Shown: piece after piece, positions 10,234-19,426 of the stretch
Numbering within the stretch: position 1 is the first letter of the stretch
Layout: every line of letters begins with the position of its first letter
Assembly (NCBI GenBank): GCA_958427975.1
Contig: CAUAEH010000002.1
Location: 16,724 to 80,723, forward strand
From: an uncultured Collinsella sp.
GTDB taxonomy: Bacteria > Actinomycetota > Coriobacteriia > Coriobacteriales > Coriobacteriaceae
Direction: 5' to 3'
Length of the DNA: 64,000 nucleotides
The notes under the pieces: model-generated
What the model was told of the DNA's origin: nothing
What the model saw: only the letters and a program-made list of their open reading frames with translations
The model's database searches: none
Position numbers and translations under genes: made by a program

Positions 10234-10394
10234 GACGGCTCCTCTCGTCCTGTTAGCGCAATTGTCGCAAAAGGAACGCGGGCATGATGGCTCAAGTTGG
10301 TGAGCGGCGCGGAATTAAGCACGGAATGAAGAGTGCGGCGCTGGCGTGGCGGGGTATGCTGGAGGGGACCATCAACCCAGCGAAAGGGGAGAGC

Positions 10395-11780
10395 ATGACG
10401 GATCAGGAAACGACCGAGCGCGCGCACGTGACGGCCGACGATATCGAGGCCGCCAACGACCTTATCGACTTTATCGAGGCATGCCCCAGCATGTTCCATA
10501 CGGCGGCGACCATTATGGCCGAGCTCGACGAGGCGGGCTTTACCTACCTGCCCGAGAACGCGGCATGGGACATCGAGCCGGGCGGGCGTTATTACACGCA
10601 GCGCAACACCTCGAGCGTCGTTGCCTTTAAGGTGGGCGAGGACCTGGCTGCTACGTGGGGCGAGGACGGCGTTGCCGGCGACTATCATTTTCAGCTCACG
10701 GCGTCGCACAGCGATTCGCCGACGTTTAAGGTCAAGGCTGTGCCCGAGCTCGACGGCGCAGGCGAGACGCTGCGTCTGAACACCGAGGCCTACGGCGGCA
10801 TGATCGACTACACCTGGTTCGACCGTCCGCTGGCGCTCGCGGGCCGCGTGCTGGTGCGCGAGGGCGACCGTATTGAGAGCCGCCTGCTTGCCACCGAGCG
10901 CGAGGTCGCTATCATTCCGAGCCTTGCCATCCATATGAATCGTGGCGTTAACGAGAGCTTTGCTCCCAATCGCGCCGTTGACCTGTGCCCGCTCATCAGC
11001 GCTGGCGAACTCAAGCAGGGTGATTTTGATGCCCTGATCGCCGACGAGCTGGACGTTGAGCCCGAGCAGATTCTGGGTCGCGATCTGTTCCTGGTCAATC
11101 GTCAGGATGCGCGCATTTGGGGCTGGGCCGACGAGTTTATCTCGACGCCCAAGCTCGACGACCTGGCCTGCGCCTATACCTCGCTGCAGGCATTTTTGGG
11201 TGCTGAGAACGCGCGCGATATCTCGGTCTTCTGCTGCTTCGATAACGAGGAGGTTGGCTCCGAGACCAAGCAAGGTGCCATGTCGACGTTCTTGGCCGAC
11301 GCACTGCGCCGCATTAACGGATCGCTGGGCTTTGACGACGAGTCGTACCATCGCGCCCTTGCCGCCTCGATGCTTGTAAGCTGCGATAATGCGCATGCCG
11401 TGCATCCTAACCACGCCGAGAAGTGCGATGCCCGCAACCAGGTCGTGCTCAACGGCGGCATCGTTATCAAGGAAGCCGCCAACCAGCACTACTGCACCGA
11501 TGCCTTTAGCCGCGCGGTGTTCCAGGCTATCTGCGATGACGCCGACGTGCCAACGCAGGCTTTCGCCAACAAGAGCGACATGGCCGGCGGTTCCACCCTG
11601 GGCAACCTGTCGAATATGCAGGCGAGCATGCATGCCGTGGACGTGGGCCTGCCGCAGCTGGCCATGCACTCAAGCTACGAGACCGGCGGCGTGCGCGACG
11701 TGATGTACGCCATCCGCGCCCTCACCGCTTTCTACGAGCGCGACCTAACCATCAACGGAGCCGAAAGCGTGGAGCTCTAA
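10395..11780 (+). CDS. M18 aspartyl aminopeptidase
   Basis: ASHSDSP, KLDDL, DNEEVGS, DNAHAVHPN, AMHS motifs; RBS AAAGGGGAG. Confidence 0.92.
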   Translation: MTDQETTERAHVTADDIEAANDLIDFIEACPSMFHTAATIMAELDEAGFTYLPENAAWDIEPGGRYYTQRNTSSVVAFKVGEDLAATWGEDGVAGDYHFQLTASHSDSPTFKVKAVPELDGAGETLRLNTEAYGGMIDYTWFDRPLALAGRVLVREGDRIESRLLATEREVAIIPSLAIHMNRGVNESFAPNRAVDLCPLISAGELKQGDFDALIADELDVEPEQILGRDLFLVNRQDARIWGWADEFISTPKLDDLACAYTSLQAFLGAENARDISVFCCFDNEEVGSETKQGAMSTFLADALRRINGSLGFDDESYHRALAASMLVSCDNAHAVHPNHAEKCDARNQVVLNGGIVIKEAANQHYCTDAFSRAVFQAICDDADVPTQAFANKSDMAGGSTLGNLSNMQASMHAVDVGLPQLAMHSSYETGGVRDVMYAIRALTAFYERDLTINGAESVEL

Positions 11781-11832
11781 AACCTGCCAAAAAGGGACAG
11801 GTTCATTTTGGCAGGTTTTATCTGGGAAAATG
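11778..11832 (+). repeat. REP-like hairpin, family A
   Basis: TAAAACCTGCCAAAAAGGGACAGGTTCATTTTGGCAGGTTTTATCTGGG. Confidence 0.92.
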
Positions 11833-11893
11833 CCGCAATACCAACAGCTGGACAGAATTGTTATGACACTGCAGGTTGAGCAAACGTCAGCGA

Positions 11894-12085
11894 GCGACGT
11901 CCAGAGCGAACAAGTTGGCATGAAAAGGGCGAGGCATTGACCTTCTGGTCATGCCTCGCCTTTTGAATGACAAATTGTTGTTCTGGACGTCGCGCAGCGT
12001 CGACCGGTCCGCCGTTCGTTAGAACGGCGGAACCCATGGGGCGCGCAGCGTCGAGGGGTTCCGGCGTTTGGCAAAACGCCGGAAC
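11894..12085. repeat. 100-bp palindrome followed by two tandem hairpin units
   Basis: GCGACGTCCAGA...TCTGGACGTCGC (11894-11993); CGCGCAGCGTCGA+hairpin at 11991 and 12042. Confidence 0.82.
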
Positions 12086-12088
12086 AAT

Positions 12089-13024
12089 CTAGTGTTCGAT
12101 CCAGCAGTGGAGCGTCTCGCCGGCTTGCAGGTGACGCAGGTTCTCTGCGGCAATGTCGACTACATTGTTGAGCGTGGCTGCCAGGTGGAACCAGCCGGAG
12201 ACGTGCGGCGTGATGAGCATGTTGGGCGCATCCCACAGTGGGCTTGTCTCAGGCAACGGTTCGGGGTCGGTGACGTCGACCGCGGCGCCGGCGAGATGTC
12301 CCGACTCCAGGGCGGCAACCAAGTCGTCGGCGACCACAAGGTCGCCGCGGCCGCCGTTGGCAAAGAAGGCGCCCGGTTTCATCGCGGCGAAGAACTCGGC
12401 GTTCGCCAGGCCGCGGGTCTCGGGTGTGCTCGGCATAAAGGATGCGACGACGTCTGCCTCCGCCAAGCGCTCAGACAGGGCATCCATGCCGTCCATATCC
12501 TCAAACACAATGGGATAGACGAGCGGATGGCGCTTGATGCCGCGGACGTGCGCGCCCATGCTGCGGCAGAGCGTGGCAAAGTGGCCGCCGATATCGCCCG
12601 CGCCCAGCACCAGCACGTTGGCATTTTTGAGCGAGGTAACCGGGCCCAAGTCCTCCCAGCGATGCTCGCGCTGCAGGTCCTGGTAGCCGGGCAGGCGCTT
12701 CATCATGGAAAGGACCATGGCAAACATGTGCTCGCTTACGGCCTGGCCGTAGGCGCCCACCGAGCAAGACAATTTGGCGTCGGCCGGCACGGTGCCGGCG
12801 GCCAGGTAGTCGTCATAGCCAGCGGTCTGCAATTGCAACAGCTGGAGATGTTCGCATGCCGTGAGCATGTCAGGGTCGATGTTGCCCAAGATCACGTCGG
12901 CATCGGCGACCTGCTCGCGCGTGGCGGCGTCGGAGCTCGTGTAGATAAAGTCCTCGCCCGGAGCGCTCGACTCGAGAATTGCGCGATGGCGGTCATTGAC
13001 GGGCAGCAAAACCAGGATGTTCAC
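12089..13024 (-). CDS. D-2-hydroxyacid dehydrogenase family protein
   Basis: GAGDIG Rossmann motif, GRG, DVTDPEPLP, TPHVSG; GTG start after GGAGAGG. Confidence 0.9.
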   Translation of the reverse strand: MNILVLLPVNDRHRAILESSAPGEDFIYTSSDAATREQVADADVILGNIDPDMLTACEHLQLLQLQTAGYDDYLAAGTVPADAKLSCSVGAYGQAVSEHMFAMVLSMMKRLPGYQDLQREHRWEDLGPVTSLKNANVLVLGAGDIGGHFATLCRSMGAHVRGIKRHPLVYPIVFEDMDGMDALSERLAEADVVASFMPSTPETRGLANAEFFAAMKPGAFFANGGRGDLVVADDLVAALESGHLAGAAVDVTDPEPLPETSPLWDAPNMLITPHVSGWFHLAATLNNVVDIAAENLRHLQAGETLHCWIEH

Positions 13025-13042
13025 AAGCAGTCCTCTCCGCTG

Positions 13043-13094
13043 AACCTGCCAAAAAGGGACAGGTTTATTTTGGCAGGTTTTATCAGGCAAAACG
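13043..13094 (+). repeat. REP-like hairpin, family A
   Basis: AACCTGCCAAAAAGGGACAGGTTTATTTTGGCAGGTTTTATC. Confidence 0.92.
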
Positions 13095-13153
13095 TTCAAA
13101 TAAAACGCCGGATGCAAGGCGGGCTTGCCCGTCAGCATCCGGCGCATCTACGG

Positions 13154-14041
13154 CTACCAGCTCAGCAGTTCGTAGCCGTCCTCGGTCACTACGAGCTGTA
13201 CCTCGCATTGGGCCGAATCGCTACCGTCCTTGGTGCGCACGCACCAACCGTCGCCCTTGCTAATCTTGATGTCGGGCGCTCCGGCATTGACCATGGGCTC
13301 GATGGTAAAGACCATGCCCGGGGCCATGATGGTGTCCACATCGGGTGCCTCGGTGGTAAAGCCCACAAACGGGTCCTCGTGGAACTCCTTGCCAATGCCG
13401 TGTCCGCCGTACTCGCGCACCACGCTAAAGCCGGCGTCCTCGACGGTCTTTTGCACGGCCTCGGCCATAACGGACAACGGTAGCCATGGCTTGACGGCCG
13501 CCAGACCCGCCTCCACGCTGGCGCGGGTGACGTCGACCAGGCGCTGGCGCTCGGCAGAGACCTCGCCGATGCAGAACATGCGGCTCGAGTCGCTAAAGTA
13601 GCCGTCTAGGATCGTAGAGCAGTCCACATTGATGATGTCGCCCTCGTGCAGTACGTCCGTATCGCAGGGGATACCGTGGCAGACCACGTCGTTGATCGAG
13701 GTGCATACGCTCTTGGGGTAGCCCTCGTAGTTGAGGTCGGCCGGCGTGCCGCCGTGCTCGACGGTGTAGTCGTAGATCATCTGGTCGATCTGGTTGGTGG
13801 TCATGCCCGCGGCGATGTGCTCGCCTACGTAGTCGAGCACGCCCACGTTGATGGCGGCGGAGCGCTTGATGCCCTCGATATCGGCGGGCGTCTTGTAGAG
13901 CGTGCGGGGCAGAACCTCCCAGCCCTCTTCCCACAAGCGCTCGAGGCGCTCGTCGAAGGCGCTATGGCATTTCTTGTATTTCTTGCCGCTGCCGCACCAG
14001 CAAGCGTCGTTGCGGCCGGGTACGGGTCCTTTGTCATACAT
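13154..14041 (-). CDS. map: Methionine aminopeptidase with N-terminal SEC-C motif
   Basis: GRNDACWCGSGKKYKKCH followed by CHGIP, DSSRM, GHGIG-FHEDP, TIEPM. Confidence 0.93.
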   Translation of the reverse strand: MYDKGPVPGRNDACWCGSGKKYKKCHSAFDERLERLWEEGWEVLPRTLYKTPADIEGIKRSAAINVGVLDYVGEHIAAGMTTNQIDQMIYDYTVEHGGTPADLNYEGYPKSVCTSINDVVCHGIPCDTDVLHEGDIINVDCSTILDGYFSDSSRMFCIGEVSAERQRLVDVTRASVEAGLAAVKPWLPLSVMAEAVQKTVEDAGFSVVREYGGHGIGKEFHEDPFVGFTTEAPDVDTIMAPGMVFTIEPMVNAGAPDIKISKGDGWCVRTKDGSDSAQCEVQLVVTEDGYELLSW

Positions 14042-14093
14042 GGCTAACTTCCTTTCATCCGCAGCTAGTATAGCCCACCCACGCGTCCATAAA

Positions 14094-14160
14094 AGTTGCG
14101 GTGATATAGTTCCGATTTAAGCGGTTTAACAGCACAAATAGGAACTATATCACCGCAACT
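14094..14160. repeat. 67-bp terminal-inverted-repeat element
   Basis: AGTTGCGGTGATATAG...CTATATCACCGCAACT. Confidence 0.9.
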
Positions 14161-14201
14161 GATGGGGCGGGATGGCGGGCACTGGCTGCTGCGTGGTTTT
14201 G

Positions 14202-14984
14202 CTAGTAGCTCACCTGGCAGGGGATGCCGAGGGCTTGGACGCGTGCAGCAATCTTGTCGAGCACCTCGGGCGCCGCTTTAGCAAGGCCGGCGACCGGTGT
14301 CTCGCGCGCCACCGTGTAGATAGTCGCCTCCTGCGGGCGAATGCGTTCGAGCGCCGCGAGCCAAGGGCCGACGTACTCCTCGCCGGTGTTATCGAGAGAC
14401 TTGCCTCGGTACTCGCCGCTCAAAAACATCGTCTGGATAATGACGTGGCCGTTAAAGCTCGCGAACGTCTCTATCTGGTGCTCTACATCGTAGGGGCCAA
14501 CGGGCTGGTCGAGCAGCTGGATAAAAGCCGGGTCGACCGTATCGAGCTTGAGGATGTTGTCGTCGACCATCATGAGCGCATCGTGTACCTGGGGACGGTC
14601 GGCGCGCGTGCCGTTGGAAAGCACGGCAATCTTGGTGTTTGGGGCCAGCTGGTCGCGCAGCGCGATGGCACCGGCGATGGCCTGCGGAAACTCAGGTGCG
14701 GCGGTTGGTTCGCCGTTGCCGGCAAACGTGATTACATCGGGGAGCTCGCCCTCGGCTGCCATCTCGCGCAGCTTTACCTCGAGCGCGTCGAGTGCCACGG
14801 CAGCTATGTTGTACGGCTCATGGCAGGGGCGCTCAGCGTTGAGACCGTTTTCGCAGTAAATGCAGTCGAACGTGCAGATTTTGCCGCTGGCCGGCATCAT
14901 GTTGACGCCGAGCGAAAGGCCCAGGCGACGGCTGCGAACGGGCCCAAAGATGGGGCTGGCATTTAAAAACGTAGACATAGGCAT
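14202..14984 (-). CDS. Radical SAM protein
   Basis: CTFDCIYC (CxxxCxxC), GPVRSRRLGLSLGVN, GNGEPT; RBS AAGGAG. Confidence 0.88.
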   Translation of the reverse strand: MPMSTFLNASPIFGPVRSRRLGLSLGVNMMPASGKICTFDCIYCENGLNAERPCHEPYNIAAVALDALEVKLREMAAEGELPDVITFAGNGEPTAAPEFPQAIAGAIALRDQLAPNTKIAVLSNGTRADRPQVHDALMMVDDNILKLDTVDPAFIQLLDQPVGPYDVEHQIETFASFNGHVIIQTMFLSGEYRGKSLDNTGEEYVGPWLAALERIRPQEATIYTVARETPVAGLAKAAPEVLDKIAARVQALGIPCQVSY

Positions 14985-15153
14985 ATGCTCCTTGGGACAG
15001 TTGAGCTTAAGCATAGCATCGGCTCCAACGTATGGTCCGGGCTTGTGCTTTGCAGGTTTCGTTTTTTAACTCTGCCTTCGATGCCGCGTCATGAAAGGTA
15101 TCGGGTCGGGTACAGTTAATCTGTTAACAAAGCACAAGACGATGGGGCACAAC

Positions 15154-15951
15154 ATGGAATTTACGGTCGAGAATGCGGGCACCACGATCGCCTGCCGTGA
15201 GTATGCCGGCCCGGATGTATCGTCCGATACACCCGCCTTGGTGTGCGTGCACGGTGCGTGCGTCGACGGCGTCTTTTTTGACGGTATCGCCCGCGAGCTC
15301 GCCCGTGACTATCGCGTCATCGCCTACGATCGCCGCGGTTGCGGCGAGAGCGGCGACGCTGCGGACGGACGCTACGACCTCGCCGTCCAGGCCGCGGACC
15401 TGCAGGCCGTTATCGAGCATATTGGCACTCCGGCAAACGTGCTCGCGCACAGTGCCGGTACGCTGGTGACGCTGGAGCTTCTCCGTGCAAACCCCACCAT
15501 AATCTCGCGTGCGATTCTGCATGAACCCGCCGTGACGGATGAGGGTGCCGGTCTGGGCGCGGCCCCGGTTTTGCTCGAGATGATCGCCGCGGGAAAGGTC
15601 TCCAGGGCATTACGGGCCTTCCTGGGCGCCATCGGCGATTCGGACCCTGAGGCCCCCAAGTTAACCGAGGCAGAAGCCAAGCATGCCCTGCGCAACGGCC
15701 GCAGCTTCATGGCAAACGAATACGGGATTACTATGACCTGCGTTCCCGATTGGGATAGCGTTCGTGCGTCGAAAACGGTGGCCGCCGTGCTCCTGGGCGA
15801 GCTCTCGATTGGCACGCCTCGCGAGGCGGGCACAAGGGTGGCGGCTGAGCTTTTGGACTGTCCACTCGTAATGGTTCCCGGCGCGCACAACGGCCTGCGC
15901 GATCGCCCGGGAGCGGCTGCCCAGACTGTCCTTGGCATCCTGGGGCTCTAA
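15154..15951 (+). CDS. Alpha/beta-fold hydrolase
   Basis: VHG oxyanion motif, YDRRGCGES, nucleophile elbow AHSAG, C-terminal GAH. Confidence 0.85.
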   Translation: MEFTVENAGTTIACREYAGPDVSSDTPALVCVHGACVDGVFFDGIARELARDYRVIAYDRRGCGESGDAADGRYDLAVQAADLQAVIEHIGTPANVLAHSAGTLVTLELLRANPTIISRAILHEPAVTDEGAGLGAAPVLLEMIAAGKVSRALRAFLGAIGDSDPEAPKLTEAEAKHALRNGRSFMANEYGITMTCVPDWDSVRASKTVAAVLLGELSIGTPREAGTRVAAELLDCPLVMVPGAHNGLRDRPGAAAQTVLGILGL

Positions 15952-16162
15952 CACCCGCAATAGCCAAAGCAGACTTCACCCGCAAACGTTTCGGCCTTGT
16001 TAACAAATATGCTTAAAACCTCACGTCTGCGGCTTCAATCGCGCCGTCTGCCAACTCATAAAAATGTAACAGCATTCACGTGCTTACCTGCATCGGCAAG
16101 GTGTTACCCTTGTAACATTTGGAACCCACCGCTACCATGCGAAGCTATCGAAAGGGCCCCAT

Positions 16163-18043
16163 ATGCTCAATAATCACGAGGTCAATCTAACCGACGAGGA
16201 GGCTGCCACCGAGGTCGCCCGTGTCGCGAAGACCTACCCCGTGGTACGTTTGCTGTCGGCCGATCAGATTAAGAGCGAGCCTAACTGCCTGCTCGCCGGT
16301 GATCGCTGCCCTTGTTTGCGCCAGGCAAGTCTTGAGGCCTTGACAGATTCCGATGAGGTGTCGGAGCAACTGCTCAACGATGGCGTTGAGTACCGCGCCC
16401 ATCTGCGCCCTCTGAAGGTCGAGGGCGAGCCTCATGTCCTGCTGATGGTGCGTCCGATCGATGGGCAAGAGGCTGCAAAAGAGGACCTTGTCTACACCGA
16501 CGTGCTGACGAGCGTGCACAATCGCCGATATTACGAGGAAAAGCTCCGTAGCGCCCGCATGAATGCCGGCGTTGCGATGATCGACCTTGATGATTTTAAG
16601 GTCTTCAACGATACGTGTGGCCGTCATGCCGGCGACCTTGCGCTCGGTGCCGTGGCGACAGCCATGCGCAGCGGAATCCGTTCGACTGACGAGCTTGTGC
16701 GATATGGCTGCGACAAGTTTGTGGTTGTCATGCCCAATATTCCCTCCGATGACTTCACCCGTCGCCTGCATCAGGTGTCCGATGCCGTTCGTTCCACGAT
16801 TATTCCGGGCCATGAGTACGTGAGCTTGACGGCATGTGTTGGTGGCGTTCGCATTCATGGCGAGACGGTCGATGAGGGCGTTGGCCGCGCTGTCCAGTTA
16901 CTGAGCCGCGCTAAGGCAAAAGCCGGTACGGTCGTGACCGATGCCGATTCCATCGAGGCCTTCCAAAGCGAAAAGCCTTTGGTACTTATTGTCGATGACT
17001 CCGAGATGAACCGAGTCATTCTCAGCGAGATGCTCAAGGACGAGTATTGCATCCTCGAGACCGACAACGGTCGTACGGCGCTCGACATGGTCGACCGCTA
17101 TGGTGATGAGTTGTCGCTCGTGCTGCTGGATATTGTCATGCCGGGCATAAGCGGCTTTGAGGTGCTGGCCGGTCTGTCGCGCCGATCGGTTAGTGACAAT
17201 CTGCCTGTCATCATGATTTCGAGCGAAGATTCCGATGATATGGTTCTGCGCGCGTACGAGCTGGGCGCCTCGGACTATATCAACCGCCCGTTTGACTCCC
17301 GTGTCGTGCGCCGCCGTGTAAGCAACACCATCCGCCTATACGCCAAACAGCGCCGCCTGACGAGCCTGCTGTCCCAGCAGTACAACGAGCGTGTCAAGAA
17401 CAGTCGCATGCTCATCGACATCATGGCTGGCGTCATGGAGCTTCGCAACGGCGAGAGCGGCAGGCACGTTACGAACATCGAAAAGCTGACCGAGCTGCTG
17501 CTTGGCTGTCTGGTCCAGCGTAGCGACACCATTTCCCTTGACAATGAGGAGCGCTCCACGATTGCCCTGGCTTCGGCGCTGCACGATATCGGCAAGATGT
17601 CGATTGACGATGCGATTCTCAACAAACCCGGGCGCCTTACGTCCGAGGAGTTCGAGATTATGAAGACGCATACCACGATCGGCGCCGACATGCTGCTTGA
17701 GCTGGGTAGCCATCACGCCGGCAATGCGCTTATGGAATATGCGTACCAGATTGCGCGTTGGCATCACGAGCGCTGGGACGGCAAGGGTTATCCCGATGGC
17801 CTTAAGGGCGACGAAATTCCCATTGCCGCACAGGTGGTTTCGGTGGCCGACGTGTACGATGCTCTGACGAGCGTGCGCGTGTACAAGGACGCTATCCCGC
17901 ACAAGGAGGCAATTCAGATGATCCTGGACGGTAAGTGCGGCACCTTTAATCCGCTGCTGCTCGATTGTCTGCTCGAGGTGCAAGACCAAATTGCCGAGAC
18001 GTTGGCACGCCCCGCTGACGTCGTCGCGTTTCCCACGATTTAG
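16163..18043 (+). CDS. Degenerate GGDEF + receiver + HD-GYP protein
   Basis: DLDDFKVFNDTCG...RYGCDKF; VDD...LDIVMP; LHDIGK, HHERWDGKGYP, VADVYDAL. Confidence 0.9.
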   Translation: MLNNHEVNLTDEEAATEVARVAKTYPVVRLLSADQIKSEPNCLLAGDRCPCLRQASLEALTDSDEVSEQLLNDGVEYRAHLRPLKVEGEPHVLLMVRPIDGQEAAKEDLVYTDVLTSVHNRRYYEEKLRSARMNAGVAMIDLDDFKVFNDTCGRHAGDLALGAVATAMRSGIRSTDELVRYGCDKFVVVMPNIPSDDFTRRLHQVSDAVRSTIIPGHEYVSLTACVGGVRIHGETVDEGVGRAVQLLSRAKAKAGTVVTDADSIEAFQSEKPLVLIVDDSEMNRVILSEMLKDEYCILETDNGRTALDMVDRYGDELSLVLLDIVMPGISGFEVLAGLSRRSVSDNLPVIMISSEDSDDMVLRAYELGASDYINRPFDSRVVRRRVSNTIRLYAKQRRLTSLLSQQYNERVKNSRMLIDIMAGVMELRNGESGRHVTNIEKLTELLLGCLVQRSDTISLDNEERSTIALASALHDIGKMSIDDAILNKPGRLTSEEFEIMKTHTTIGADMLLELGSHHAGNALMEYAYQIARWHHERWDGKGYPDGLKGDEIPIAAQVVSVADVYDALTSVRVYKDAIPHKEAIQMILDGKCGTFNPLLLDCLLEVQDQIAETLARPADVVAFPTI

Positions 18044-18067
18044 TTTGACCAAAGGAGTTTTTAATCC

Positions 18068-18424
18068 ATGATTTCCATGCGTGAGGCGTATGAGAAGATC
18101 GGCGCCAATTATGATGACGCGTGTGCTCGGCTGATGGGCGAGGAGATGCTCGCCCGCTTTGCCCTCAAGTTTTTGGATGACGAGAGCATGGACAAGCTGG
18201 AGGCCGCCATGGCGGCGGGAGACGCCGAAGGTGCGTTTATGGCAGCGCACACGCTCAAGGGCGTGAGCCAGAACCTGGGATTCGATAATCTGTACGAGCC
18301 GGCGGTCGTGGTGACCGAGGCGCTGCGCGGCGCCGATGCCGTTGACGGCGCTCGCGAGGGGATGCATGCGCTGCAGCAGCAATATGCGGCTACGATGTCG
18401 GCCCTGCGCGAGACGGCCGAATAA
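18068..18424 (+). CDS. Stand-alone Hpt histidine phosphotransfer protein
   Basis: AHTLKGVSQNLG motif; RBS AAGGAG. Confidence 0.88.
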   Translation: MISMREAYEKIGANYDDACARLMGEEMLARFALKFLDDESMDKLEAAMAAGDAEGAFMAAHTLKGVSQNLGFDNLYEPAVVVTEALRGADAVDGAREGMHALQQQYAATMSALRETAE

Positions 18425-18467
18425 GAGCTTGCGAGCCTTGGGCTGCGCGCCTGTCGCGTATAGGCAA

Positions 18468-18508
18468 AAGGGCGCCCCGTCGGACCATGTGGCCGGCGGG
18501 GCGCCCTT
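18468..18508. terminator. Hairpin between convergent genes, probable bidirectional terminator
   Basis: AAGGGCGCCCCGTCGG...CCGGCGGGGCGCCCTT. Confidence 0.7.
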
Positions 18509-18529
18509 ATCTGTTATGCGGTTCGCGAA

Positions 18530-19339
18530 CTAGCGGGTCTGCTTTACCTTGGCCGCCGCCTCGACAAACGACTTCCACAGGTTAAAGTCGGTCTCGAGCG
18601 TCTGCCAGGTGTACTCGGGATGCCATTGCACACCCAGACAGAACGGCTGGCCTTCGACTTCGATGCACTCGGGAACGCCGTCGGTTGCCTTGGCGACCAA
18701 GCGCGTGCTCTTACCCAGACGATCGACGCAGCAGTGATGTGCGGAGTTGGTCTGGATCAGCCTGTGCCCGCCAACCGCGCGCTCCAGCAGCGAGCCCGGC
18801 ACGACCTCGACAGGATGCACAGGGTCGTTGAGCACGTGGGTATGGCGCCACTGCGTGCGGCCCTCGCGCGCGCCCAGGCTCGGCACGTCCATGCACAGGG
18901 TGCCGCCGGTGGCGACGTTGAGCAGTTGCGTGCCGCGGCAGGTGGTAAAGAGCGGCTTTTTGGCACGGAGCACCTCGCTGACCAGCTTAAACTCAAAACT
19001 ATCGCGGATCTCGCAGCAGAGGGTGGGGTCGTAGGGTCGATCATCGCCCCAACGTTTGGGATTGACATCGGGGCCGCCGGGAATGGCGATGCCGTCGGCG
19101 ATATCGACGTAATGACGGATGACCTCAATGTCCTCGGTGATGGACATCTGCAGCGGCAGACCGCCGGCGGCAAGAATGGCGTCGACAAATACGCTCGCAA
19201 TCTCCTCGTTGGGGGAGAGCGTCTCGCTCAAATAGGGCTTCGCTTCTTCCCAGCGTGGTGCTACCAGGATGAGCGGGCGGTCGGCGGGATCGACGTCGAC
19301 GTGCGGAGTATAGGACGATGAGGTGCGGGTTCCGATCAT
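18530..19339 (-). CDS. Peptidase C26 / gamma-glutamyl-gamma-aminobutyrate hydrolase-like (class I GATase)
   Basis: PGGPDV, CRG, NSAHH, GVQWHPE. Confidence 0.88.
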   Translation of the reverse strand: MIGTRTSSSYTPHVDVDPADRPLILVAPRWEEAKPYLSETLSPNEEIASVFVDAILAAGGLPLQMSITEDIEVIRHYVDIADGIAIPGGPDVNPKRWGDDRPYDPTLCCEIRDSFEFKLVSEVLRAKKPLFTTCRGTQLLNVATGGTLCMDVPSLGAREGRTQWRHTHVLNDPVHPVEVVPGSLLERAVGGHRLIQTNSAHHCCVDRLGKSTRLVAKATDGVPECIEVEGQPFCLGVQWHPEYTWQTLETDFNLWKSFVEAAAKVKQTR

Positions 19340-19426
19340 GGGTGCGGCTTTCGAATCCGGGTGGACATGGCACAGGGGTGGCGCGGGACAAACGTTACTG
19401 ATGAATTTGCCCGCGTGGCAATTGGG

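Noticed and set aside
12089..13147. N-terminal extension on the 2-hydroxyacid dehydrogenase, and the recurring peptides LPKRDRFILAGF / KPAKINLSLFGR in several ORFs
   Set aside because: Translations of the family A DNA repeat, not a protein domain
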